DNA from: Octopus sinensis
Taxonomy: Eukaryota
NCBI RefSeq assembly: GCF_006345805.1
Contig: NC_043004.1
Coordinates: 81,530,001 to 81,594,000, forward strand
Direction of reading: 5' to 3'
DNA length: 64,000 nucleotides
The notes under the pieces are model-generated. The model worked only from the letters and a program-made list of their open reading frames with translations. It made no database searches and had not been told where the DNA came from. Positions within the stretch are counted from its first letter, which is position 1. Every line of letters starts with the position of its first letter. Both the position numbers and the translations under genes were made by a program. Shown in pieces: positions 1-13,900 of this stretch.

Positions 1-205
1 GTTTCGATTCCTGGACCAGGCGATGCGTTGTGTTCTTGAGCAAAACACTTCATTTCACGTTGCTCCTGTCCACTCAGCTGGCAAAAATGAGTAGCGCTGC
101 GATGGATTGGCGTCCCGTCCAGCTGGGGAATACATACGCTATAGAAACTGGGAAACTGGGCCCATGAGCCTGGCTAGGCTTTAAAAGGGTGCATTTATTT
201 ATTTT
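1..205 (+). mobile_element. tRNA-derived SINE (family C) fragment
   Basis: B-box-like gtttcgattcc and body gttgtgttcttgagcaaaacacttcatttcacg...ccactcagctgg, shared with copies at about 2726, 30030, 40205 and 48531. Confidence 0.7.
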
Positions 206-371
206 ATTTAATATATTTTACGGTTTTTGGTAAAAGATTATTGTTGCCATTTTATTTATATGGGTCTGGTGGAGCTGTTTAGTAAGCCGTGATCTAAAAG
301 CTACATTGTTTCTCACTGCCTGAAGAACACAAGAAATGAATTGCATATTAACTTAAACCATTCCATTGCAG

Positions 372-458
372 ATTGGTCCTGAAAAAGGTGTGATTCACTT
401 GGCAACTGCTGCCATTGTGAATGCTCTGTGGGACTTGTGGGCCAAAATTGAAGGAAAG
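372..458 (+). CDS. ENOSF1: ENOSF1 exon ([29 protein letters not shown])
   Basis: ttgcag acceptor, gtaaga donor, 87 nt. Confidence 0.93.
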
Positions 459-465
459 GTAAGAC

Positions 466-512
<47 letters not shown>

Positions 513-1009
513 GAACATGCCTCCTCATTGATATGACTGTCTCAATCGATATAAATGTATCTGTCAAGACCTACCAAAAACTGAGCAAATATAAAGATCT
601 TGAAATAGAAATCAGTAAAATGTGGAACCTGAAGACTAAAACAATACCTGTTGTCATAGGTGCCCTGGGAATGATAGCAAAAGGGGCTGATAGCTACCTA
701 ACTCAGATACCAGGAAACCCAAAAATGGCAGAAATTCAAAAGATAGTGCTCATGGGAACTGCTCATATCCTACGCAAAATACTTTCTATGTAATCTCAAG
801 GTTTAAAACAAACATAATTTTCGGTTTAAAAAAAAAAAATTATATTTTTTTTTAGACATTCATTAGTACAACACCAAAAACTCCCCCCCCCCCAAATATA
901 TGGCACACTAGGCATAACAACAACATGAACTTCCAACCTGTTGTCTCTTGAGGTCTCTGGGTGAGACTTGGAGCCAACTTGTACAAATATAAAGCAAAAG
1001 TCAAATATA

Positions 1010-1053
<44 letters not shown>

Positions 1054-1377
1054 GTTTTTATTTTCTTCTGCATCATTCTGTATATTCTACCAGTAACTGA
1101 GAAATATCTTCTGGTCACAAATGGTCAGTCTTTGGGCTATATACATAGGAGGATTTGAACTCAGTACCATGAGGTAATTAGATGCATCTGAGGGTTTGCT
1201 ATAGACTTTGTAGGGTAATGGACAAGATGTGTTGTGGTATTGAGTTACATCCAATCACATTCTAAATCCAAGTTCTGCTGGGTTTACTTTGAACTTTATA
1301 TTGTTATGCAGATCAATAGAATAAACCAGACAACTATTAAAAAATGTAGTAGTATTAGTAGTAGTAGTAGTAGTAGT

Positions 1378-1436
<59 letters not shown>

Positions 1437-1450
1437 CAACAGTAGAAGAG

Positions 1451-1481
<31 letters not shown>

Positions 1482-1507
1482 CAGTAGCAGTAGCAACAGT
1501 AGAAGAG

Positions 1508-1544
<37 letters not shown>

Positions 1545-1564
1545 CAGTAGCAACAGTAGAAGAG

Positions 1565-1595
<31 letters not shown>

Positions 1596-1830
1596 CAGTA
1601 GCAACAGTAGAAGAGGTAGTAGTAGTAGTAGTAGTAGTAGTAGCAGCAGCAGCAGCAGTAGTAGTAGTAGCAGTAGCAACAGTAGTAGAGGTAGTAGTAG
1701 TAGTAGCAGCAGCAGCAGTAATAGTAGTAGTAGTAGTAGCTGCAGTAGTAGTAGTAGCAGCAGCAGCTGCAGTAGTAGTAGCAGCAGCAGTAGTAGAGGT
1801 AGTAGCAGCAGCAGCTGCAGTAGTAGTTGT

Positions 1831-1901
<71 letters not shown>

Positions 1902-4900
1902 CAGCAGCAGCAGTTGCAGCAGTGTCTGATGTTTTATTATTTTATGCAGTTTTTATCAATTTTTATGTTTTGATGTGATTTGTACTATTTAAAAAAAAAA
2001 AATTATTTGCTGATTTTATTAATTTATTTTTCCCTTTCCAGCCCTTATGGAAACTTTTGGTTGATATGGTAAGTGAAACTCATATATAAACACTGAGATA
2101 CTCTTAACTGAATGTTGATCGTTAATTTGGAGTATTTTACTTGATAATTCATTAACAAAGTGATCAAATTATTTCACAGTAAATTAAAATTTTATTAAGT
2201 ATTAAGGATAAAATATGTAGGGTGATGTCAATAAAGGAAATCAAAGAGAAAAGATATGGTATCACCATATATACATTGCTTAATGCCTCTATAATATTTT
2301 GAGAAAGAGTCCCCTTATCAAATATAAACTTGAAAGAGACAGAAAAGTTCAGAAGAAAGTGTTGACTGGCAGACTGGTGCAAAACTTCAAGAAAATAACA
2401 TTAGTCAATTAGTCAATATATACATTAGTCAATATACATTCAATTTAAAACAGCAAGCTAGCAGAAACGTTAGCATGCCGGGAGAAATTCTTAGCAGTAT
2501 TTTGTCTGTCTTGACATTCTGAGTTCAAATTCTACCGAGGTTGACTTTGCCTTTTATCCTTTCAGGGTCGATAAATCAAGTACCAGTTGCATGCTGGGGT
2601 TGATCTAATTGACTGGCCCCCTCCCCCAAAATTTCAGGCCTTGTGCCTTGAGTACAAAAGAATATACATTCAATTTGGGTATATTTTTTCAGTTATTTTC
2701 TTCTTCCTTCAGTTAAAGCATATAGTGGAGGCACATGGCTTAGTGGTTAGGGTGTTGGACTCATGATCCAACGACTGTGGTTTTAATTCCTGGACCAGAT
2801 GACACATTATGTTCTTGAGCAAAACACTTCATTTCACATTGCAGGTACTACTCAATTTTGCCAGCAGTACAATACAAGTACTACTCATTTTTGCCAGCTG
2901 AGTGGACTGGAGCAATGTGAAATAAAGTGTCTTGCTCAAGGACACAACACGTTGCCAGGAATTGAACTCATGGCCTTACGATCCTGAGTAGAATGCCCTA
3001 ACCACTAAGCCACATGCCTTCCATTTGCCATTATTCTGCTGCTGTTTGAAATAGAAACTAACATGAAATTTTGATGGCAGTTTTGAAACAAGGACAAGGG
3101 ACAGTTTCAGACAGTATCAAAAGGGTTATATTATATAACAGAAAGATTTCAGTTTAGCTAATTGCTTTGTCAATTTATATATTATCATATTAAAAGGTTT
3201 TATTTTACCATTTATTGTTTCTCACAGGATCCGCAGCAACTTGTCTCTGTTATTGATTTTAGATATATGTAAGTTTATTCCTTAAATTGTTTGTCAAATC
3301 TTGATTCTGAACCATCTGTTACTTTATCATAAACCAGGTCTTTAGGAATTAAAGGAACAGGCCTTTAGAAATTAAGGGACTAGCCCTGTTTTAAAGGTTG
3401 CACACGTTCATCTTTAGGGCCCACGTGGAATTTGGAAAAAACTAGCAATCTGAATTTCATTCTGAATTTCTTTTATATTTTATTTGTTTCAATCATTAGA
3501 CTGTTTATGTCCCTGTAACCTAGCGGTTCAGCAAAAGAGGCTGATAGAATAAGTACCAGGTTTTCAATACAAAAAGAGATATAAGTCCTGGAGTTGATTC
3601 ATTCAACTAAAATAATTTGTCAGGGTGGTGCCCCAGCATGGCCACAGTCTAATGATTGAAACAAATAAAATATAAGAGAAATTCAGAATGAAATTCAGAT
3701 TGCTAGTTTTTTTCCAAATTCCACGTGGGCCCTAAAGATGAACGTGTGTAACTTTTAAAACAGGGCTGTCAAGCTCATTTGGCTTTGTGGGCTATACTGG
3801 GGTACTTATCCCAAATAACTATTTGTAATGCAGGCCAAAGTAAATAGATAAAGGGATTATCATAACAACCTTATTAATTTGTTATTTCGTTAATGTGAAT
3901 CACACATACCAGATTTTTTATTCAGTTGGGAAGCTATTCACAATATCAGTGAAAATTTTATTCACTTTATCTTTAATAGTATGCAATGGCTTCTCATCCA
4001 AGCATGTGGCTCGTTGCAAGCACATGCCATGGAAAAGACCCCCAAAAAGGCTGAAAAACATCTTGCTGTCTGAAAATGTATCCTTGCTGTTTGCTATTGG
4101 ATAATATATATTCATAAGAGATGTTGTTTCAGGACAAATACCACAGTAGCTGGCCTTTCAATGGCATATATACTTTAAGTATGATACATAGATAGCTATT
4201 TTAATTTAATACATTTACTGGATTTAAATTTATTTAGTTGTAAATGAAAAAATTAGGACTTAGTAAATCTGTCACACTAACCATCTACTTTCTAATTAAA
4301 AAATTGCTATCGAAAAGTAATTAACCAATTGAAGTCGGTCATATTGCACAAAATGTTGTTGTTGCTGTTATTTTATTTATTGTTGATGTTGTTATGGGTG
4401 ATGTTGATAGTAGTTGTGTTGTAGTGATATGATAAAGATAGATAATTTTTAATAAATTTTTTTAATAATTAAATCATTTTTATAATTTTCAGAAAAGATG
4501 TCTTAACACCAGAGGAAGCTGTTGGTTCGTTTGTTTTCAAGAATAACATTTACTGTTTAGAATCCTCCTCCTCCTCCTCCTCCTCCTCCTCATCATCATC
4601 ATCGTCATCATCATCATCATCATCATCGTTTAATGTCCGCTTTCCATGCTGGCATGGGTTGGACGGTTTGACTGGGGACTGGTGAGCCAGACGGCTGCAC
4701 CAGGCTCTATTATTATTGTTTGACCATAACCAGTTGAGCGTGACCCTTAATAGCTGATGATATGTGCATCTCTGATCACAAGCAGAAGTGAGGTGAAATG
4801 ATTTGCTCAAGAACACAATGCACTGCCCTGTCTAGGAATTGAAACCACGATCTCGTGATCATGACTGCAACACCTTAACCACTAGGCTATGCACCCTCAC

Positions 4901-4944
4901 ACTAAAATATGTTTGTGACTAATAATAAAAATAATAACAATAAC

Positions 4945-4983
<39 letters not shown>

Positions 4984-7900
4984 CTTTTACTTGTTTCAGT
5001 CATTTGACTGTGGCCATGCTGGAGCACCGCCTTTAGTCAAGCAAATCAACTCCAAGACTTATTCTTTGTAAGCCTAGTACTTATTCTATCGGTCACTTTT
5101 GCCGAACCGCTAAGTTAGGAGGGTTATTGGCATCTAAGAACTCAATAAGAGGGTTCATGGCATCAAAGGCTACTTGTTGTAGCCTGATGTTAGGATTCTG
5201 TTTTTTTTTTTTTTTCAGCAGACTAATCTGTTGAGTATATGTGAATAATAATAATATCATGTGATATAACATACAGAAAATAGCACACATCCTACATAAA
5301 ACACATGGTGATGATGATGATGATGACAAGCTATCTAACTAGAGATGGTGCCTGGATAAAAATACCGGTTTGTGGCTAACCTTAAAACACACACTTCATT
5401 GTTGAGTGAAAATGTCTAATACAAATATATCAAATAATGGTGTTAATGAGGCTAGAACCAAATGTGAAGGTCTTTGTGGTCTTTGTGGCAGGTGCTTTGT
5501 GGTTGAGCAGCGCAGGCCTGGTCATCATCCAGAGACTGCTTGTACACAAAGCCAGAAGCAAAGAAGAATGTGAGATAAGGAGGCAAACGGTAATTGAATG
5601 CTGGATGAGGGGTGAATAGAGTGTCCAGTAGAACTATTACACATCACTCTACAATCACTCAACATCTGACGCATCACTCCACAACCACTTCAACATCTGA
5701 CGCATCACTCAACATCTGACACATCACTCCACAATCACTTCAACATCTGATGCATCACTCCACAATCACTCAACATCTGACGCATCACCCCAGAATCACT
5801 CAACATCTGATGCATCACTCCACAATCACTCAACATCTGACGCATCACCCCAGAATCACTCAACATCTGATGCATCACTCCACAATCACTTCAACATCTG
5901 ATGCATCACTCCACAATCACTCAACATCTGACGCATCACCCCAGAATCACTCAACATCTGATGCATCACTCCACAATCACTTCAACATCTGATGCATCAC
6001 TCCACAATCACTCAACATCTGATGCATCACCCCAGAATCACTCAACATCTGACGCATCACTCCACATCATTCAACATCTGATGCATCACTCCACATCTGA
6101 TGCATCACCCCAGAATCACTCAACATCTGATGCATCACTCCACAATCTCTTCAACATCTGATGCATCACTCCACAATCACTTCAACATCTGATGCATCAC
6201 TCCACAATCACTCCACATCATTCAACATCTGACGCATCACCCCAGAATCACTCAACATCTGATGCATCGCTCCACAATCACTCAACATCTGACACATCAC
6301 TCCACAATCACTTCAACATCTGATGCATCACTCCACAATCACTCAACATCTGACGCATCACCCCAGAATCACTCAACATCTGACATATCACTCCACAATC
6401 ACTTCAACATCTGATGCATCACTCCACAATCACTCCACATCATTCAACATCTGACGCATCACTCCACAATCACTCAACATCTGACACATCACTCCACAAT
6501 CACTCAACATCTGATGCATCACTCCACAATTACTCCACATCATTCAACATCTGACGCATCACCCCAGAATCACTCAGCATCTGATGCATCACTCCACAAT
6601 TACTCCTCATCATTCAACATCTGACGCATCACCCCAGAATCACTCAGCATCTGATGCATCACTCCACAATCACTTCAACATCTGACACATCACTCCACAA
6701 TCACTTCAACATCTGATGCATCACTCCACAATGACTCCACATCATTTAACATCTGACGCATCACTCCACAATCACTCAACATCTGACGCATCACCCCAGA
6801 ATCACTCAACATCTGATGCATCACTCCACAATCACTTCAGCATCTGATGCATCACTCCACAATCTCTTCAACATCTGACACATCACTCCACAATCACTTC
6901 CACATCTGATGCATCACTCCACAATGACTCCACATCATTCAACATCTGACGCATCACTCCACAATCACTCAACATCTGACGCATCACCCCAGAATCACTC
7001 AGCATCTGATGCATCACTCCACAATCACTTCAGCATCTGATGCATCACTCCAAAATCACTTCAACATCTGATGCATCACTCCACAATCACTCCACATCAT
7101 TCAACATCTGACGCATCACTCCACAATCACTCAACATCTGACGCATCACCCCAGAATCACTCAACATCTGATGCATCACTCCACAATCACTTCAGCATCT
7201 GATGCATCACTCCACAATCACTTCAACATCTGATGCATCACTCCACAATCACTTCAACATCTGATGCATCACTCCACAATCACTCAACATCTGACGCATC
7301 ACTCCACAATCACTTCAACATCTGATGCATCACCCCCAGAATCACTCAACATCTGACGCATCACTCCACATCATTCAACATCTGATGCATCACCCCACGA
7401 TCACTCAACATCTGACGCATCACCCCAGAATCATTCAACATCTGACGCATCACTCCACATCATTCAACATCTGATGCATCACTCCACATCTGATGCATCA
7501 CCCCAGAATCACTCAACATCTGATGCATCACTCCACATCACTCCACAATCACTTCAACATCTGACGCATCACTCCACAATCACTCAACATCTGACACATC
7601 ACTCCACATCTGATGCATCACTCCACAATCACTCAACATCTGACGCATCACTCCACAATCACTCAACATCTGACACATCACTCCACAATCACTTCAACAT
7701 CTGATGCATCACTCCACAATCACTCCTCATCATTCAACATCTGACGCATCACTCCACAATCACTCAACATCTGACGCATCAACCCAGAATCACTCAACAT
7801 CTGACGCATCACTCCACAATCACTCAACATCTGACACATCACTCCACAATCACTTCAACATCTGGTGCATCACTCCACAATCACTCCACATCATTCAACA

Positions 7901-10900
7901 TCTGACGCATCACTCCACAATCACTCAACATCTGACGCATCACCCCAGAATCACTCAACATCTGATGCATCACTCCACAATCACTCAACATCTGACACAT
8001 CACTCCACAATCACTCAACATCTGACACATCACTCCACAATCACTTCAACATCTGACGCATCACTCCACAATCACTCAACATCTGACACATCACTCCACA
8101 ATCACTCAACATCTGACGCATCACTCCACATCATTCAACATCTGACGCATCACTCCACATCATTCAACATCTGATGCATCACTCCACAATCACTTCAACA
8201 TCTGACGCATCACTCCACATCATTCAACATCTGATGCATCACTCCACAATCACTTCAACATCTGACGCATCACTCCACAATCACTCAACATCTGACACAT
8301 CACTCCACAATCACTTCAACATCTGACACATCACTCCACAATCACTCAACATCTGACACATCACTCCACAATCACTTCAACATCTGATGCATCACTCCAC
8401 AATCACTCAACATCTGACGCATCACCCCAGAATCACTCACATCTGATGCATCACTCCACAATCACTCAACATCTGACGCATCACCCCAGAATCACTCCAC
8501 AATCACTTCAACATCTGATGCATCACTCCACAATCACTCAAAATCTGACGCATCACCCCAGAATCACTCAACATCTGATGCATCACTCCACAATCACTTC
8601 AACATCTGATGCATCACTCCACAATCACTCAACATCTGATGCATCACCCCAGAATCACTCAACATCTGACGCATCACTCCACATCATTCAACATCTGATG
8701 CATCACTCCACATCTGATGCATCACCCCAGAATCACTCAACATCTGATGCATCACTCCACAATCACTTCAGCATCTGATGCATCACTCCACAATCTCTTC
8801 AACATCTGATGCATCACTCCACAATCTCTTCAACATCTGATGCATCACTCCACAATCACTTCAACATCTGATGCATCACTCCACAATCACTCCACATCAT
8901 TCAACATCTGACGCATCACCCCAGAATCACTCAACATCTGATGCATCGCTCCACAATCACTCAACATCTGACACATCACTCCACAATCACTTCAACATCT
9001 GATGCATCACTCCACAATCACTCAACATCTGACGCATCACCCCAGAATCACTCAACATCTGACATATCACTCCACAATCACTTCAACATCTGATGCATCA
9101 CTCCACAATCACTCCACATCATTCAACATCTGACACATCACTCCACAATCACTCAACATCTGATGCATCACTCCACAATTACTCCACATCATTCAACATC
9201 TGACGCATCACCCCAGAATCACTCAGCATCTGATGCATCACTCCACAATTACTCCTCATCATTCAACATCTGACGCATCACCCCAGAATCACTCAGCATC
9301 TGATGCATCACTCCACAATCACTTCAACATCTGACACATCACTCCACAATCACTTCAACATCTGATGCATCACTCCACAATGACTCCACATCATTCAACA
9401 TCTGACGCATCACTCCACAATCACTCAACATCTGACGCATCACCCCAGAATCACTCAACATCTGATGCATCACTCCACAATCACTTCAGCATCTGATGCA
9501 TCACTCCACAATCTCTTCAACATCTGACACATCACTCCACAATCACTTCCACATCTGATGCATCACTCTACAATGACTCCACATCATTCAACATCTGACG
9601 CATCACTCCACAATCACTCAACATCTGACGCATCACCCCAGAATCACTCAGCATCTGATGCATCACTCCACAATCACTTCAGCATCTGATGCATCACTCC
9701 AAAATCACTTCAACATCTGATGCATCACTCCACAATCACTCCACATCATTCAACATCTGACGCATCACTCCACAATCACTCAACATCTGACGCATCACCC
9801 CAGAATCACTCAACATCTGATGCATCACTCCACAATCACTTCAGCATCTGATGCATCACTCCACAATCACTTCAACATCTGATGCATCACTCCACAATCA
9901 CTTCAACATCTGATGCATCACTCCACAATCACTCAACATCTGACGCATCACTCCACAATCACTTCAACATCTGATGCATCACCACCACCCCCCAGAATCA
10001 CTCAACATCTGACGCATCACTCCACATCATTCAACATCTGATCATCACCCCACAATCACTCAACATCTGACGCATCACCCCACCAGAATCACTCAACATC
10101 TGACGCATCACTCCACATCATTCAACATCTGATGCATCACTCCACATCTGATGCATCACCCCAGAATCACTCAACATCTGATGCATCACTCCACATCACT
10201 CCACAATCACTTCAACATCTGACGCATCACTCCACAATCACTCAACATCTGACACATCACTCACTCACATCTGATGCATCACTCCACAATCACTCAACAT
10301 CTGACGCATCACTCCACAATCACTCAACATCTGACACATCACTCCACAATCACTTCAACATCTGATGCATCACTCCACAATCACTCCTCATCATTCACAT
10401 CTGACGCATCACTCCACAATCACTCAACATCTGACGCATCAACCCAGAATCACTCAACATCTGACGCATCACTCCACAATCACTCAACATCTGACACATC
10501 ACTCCACAATCACTTCAACATCTGGTGCATCACTCCACAATCACTCCACATCATTCAACATCTGACGCATCACTCCACAATCACACAACATCTGACGCAT
10601 CACCCCAGAATCACTCAACATCTGATGCATCACTCCACAATCACTCAACATCTGACACATCACTCCACAATCACTCAACATCTGACACATCACTCCACAA
10701 TCACTTCAACATCTGACGCATCACTCCACAATCACTCAACATCTGACACATCACTCCACAATCACTCAACATCTGACGCATCACTCCACATCATTCAACA
10801 TCTGACGCATCACTCCACATCATTCAACATCTGATGCATCACTCCACAATCACTTCAACATCTGACGCATCACTCCATATCATTCAACATCTGATGCATC

Positions 10901-13900
10901 ACTCCACAATCACTTCAACATCTGACGCATCACTCCACAATCACTCAACATCTGACACATCACTCCACAATCACTTCAACATCTGACACATCACTCCACA
11001 ATCACTCAACATCTGACACATCACTCCACAATCACTTCAACATCTGACACATCACTCCACAATCACTCAACATCTGACACATCACTCCACAATCACTTCA
11101 ACATCTGACACATCACTCCACAATCACTCAACATCTGACACATCACTCCACAATCACTTCAACATCTGACACATCACTCCACAATCACTACAACATCTGA
11201 CGCATCACTCCACAATCACTTCAACATCTGACGCATCACTCCACAATCACTCAACATCTGACGCATCACTCCACAATCACTTCAACATCTGACGCATCAC
11301 TCCACAATCACTTCAACACCTAACGCATCACTCCACAATCACTCCACAATCACTTCAACATCTAACGCATCACTCCACAATCACTCCACAATCACTTCAA
11401 CATCTGACACATCACTCCACAATCACTTCAACATCTGACGCATCACTCCACAATCACTTCAACATCTAACGCATCACTCCACATCACTCCACAATCACTT
11501 CAACATCTAACGCATCACTCCACAATCACTCCACAATCACTTCAACATCTAACGCATCACTCCACAATCACTCCACAATCACTTCAACATCTGACGCATC
11601 ACTCCACAATCACTTCAACATCTGACGCATCACTCCACAATCACTTCAACATCTGACGCATCACTCCACAATCACTTCAACATCTGACACATCACTCCAC
11701 AATCACTTCAACATCTGACACATCACTCCACAATCACTTCAACATCTATCCACAATCACTCCACAATCACTTCAACATCTAACGCATCACTCCACAATCA
11801 CTCCACAATCACTTCAACATCTGATGCATCACTCCACAATCACTTCAACATCTGACGCATCACTCCACAATCACTTCAACATCTAACGCATCACTCCACA
11901 ATCACTCCACAATCACTTCAACATCTAACGCATCACTCCACAATCACTCCACAATCACTTCAACATCTAACGCATCACTCCACAATCACTCCACAATCAC
12001 TTCAACATCTAACGCATCACTCCACAATCACTCCACAATCACTTCAACATCTAACGCATCACTCCACAGTCACTCCACAATCACTTCAACATCTGACGCA
12101 TCACTCCACAATCACTTCAACATCTGACGCATCACTCCACAATCACTTCAACATCTGATGCATCACTCCACAATCACTTCAACATCTGACGCATCACTCC
12201 ACAATCACTTCAACATCTGACGCATCACTCCACAATCACTTCAACATCTAACGCATCACTCCACAATCACTTTAACATCTGACACATCACTCCACAATCA
12301 CTTCAACATCTGACGCATCACTCCACAATCACTTCAACATCTGACGCATCACTCCACAATCACTTCAACATCTGACACATCACTCCACAATCACTTCAAC
12401 ATCTAACGCATCACTCCACAATCACTCCACAATCACTTCAACATCTGACGCATCACTCCACAATCACTTCAACATCTGACGCATCACTCCACAATCACTT
12501 CAACATCTAACGCATCACTCCACAATCACTCCACAATCACTCCACAATCACTTCAACATCTGACGCATCACTCCACAATCACTTCAACATCTGATGCATC
12601 ACTCCACAATCACTTCAACATCTGACGCATCACTCCACAATCACTTCAACATCTGATGCATCACTCCACAATCACTTCAACATCTAACGCATCACTCCAC
12701 AATCACTCCACAATCACTTCAACATCTGACACATCACTCCACAATCACTTCAACATCTGATGCATCACTCCACAATCACTTCAACATCTGACACATCACT
12801 CCACAATCACTTCAACATCTGACACATCACTCCACAATCACTTCAACATCTAACGCATCACTCCACAATCACTCCACAATCACTTCAACATCTGACGCAT
12901 CACTCCATAATCACTTCAACATCTGACGCATCACTCCACAATCACTTCAACATCTAACGCATCACTCCACAATCACTCAACATCTGACACATCACTCCAC
13001 AATCACTTCAACATCTGACGCATCACTCCACAATCACTTCAACATCTAACGCATCACTCCACAATCACTCAACATCTGACACATCACTCCACAATCACTT
13101 CAACATCTGACGCATCACTCCACAATCACTTCAACATCAACGCATCACTCCACAATCACTCAACATCTGACACATCACTCCACAATCACTTCAACATCTA
13201 ACGCATCACTCACAATCACTCCACAATCACTTCAACATCTGACGCATCACTCCACACCTCCACAATCACTTCAACATCTGACGCATCACTCCACAATCAC
13301 TCCACAATCATTCAACCTGATGCATCACTCCACAATCACTTCAACATCTGACGCATCACTCCACAATCACTCAACATCTGACGCATCACTCCACAATCAC
13401 TTCAACATCTGACACATCACTCCACAATCACTCCACAATCACTTCAACATCTGACGCATCACTCCACAATCACTCCACAATCACTTCAACATCTGACGCA
13501 TCACTCCACAATCACTCCACAATCACTTCAACATCTGACACATCACTCCACAATCACTCCACAATCACTTCAACATCTGACGCATCACTCTACAATCACT
13601 CCACAATCACTTCAACATCTGACGCATCACTCCACAATCACTCCACAATCATTCAACATCTGATGCATCACTCCACAATCACTTCAACATCTGACGCATC
13701 ACTCCACAATCACTTCAACATCTGACGCATCACTCCACAATCACTTCAACATCTGACGCATCACTCCACAATCACTCCACAATCATTCAACATCTGATGC
13801 ATCACTCCACAATCACTTCAACATCTGACGCATCACTCCACAATCACTTCAACATCTGACGCATCACTCCACAATCACTTCAACATCTGACACATCACTC

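Noticed and set aside
1234-1929. 231-aa poly-Ser ORF (and poly-Leu on the minus strand)
   Set aside because: Translation of an AGT/AGC microsatellite inside an ENOSF1 intron.
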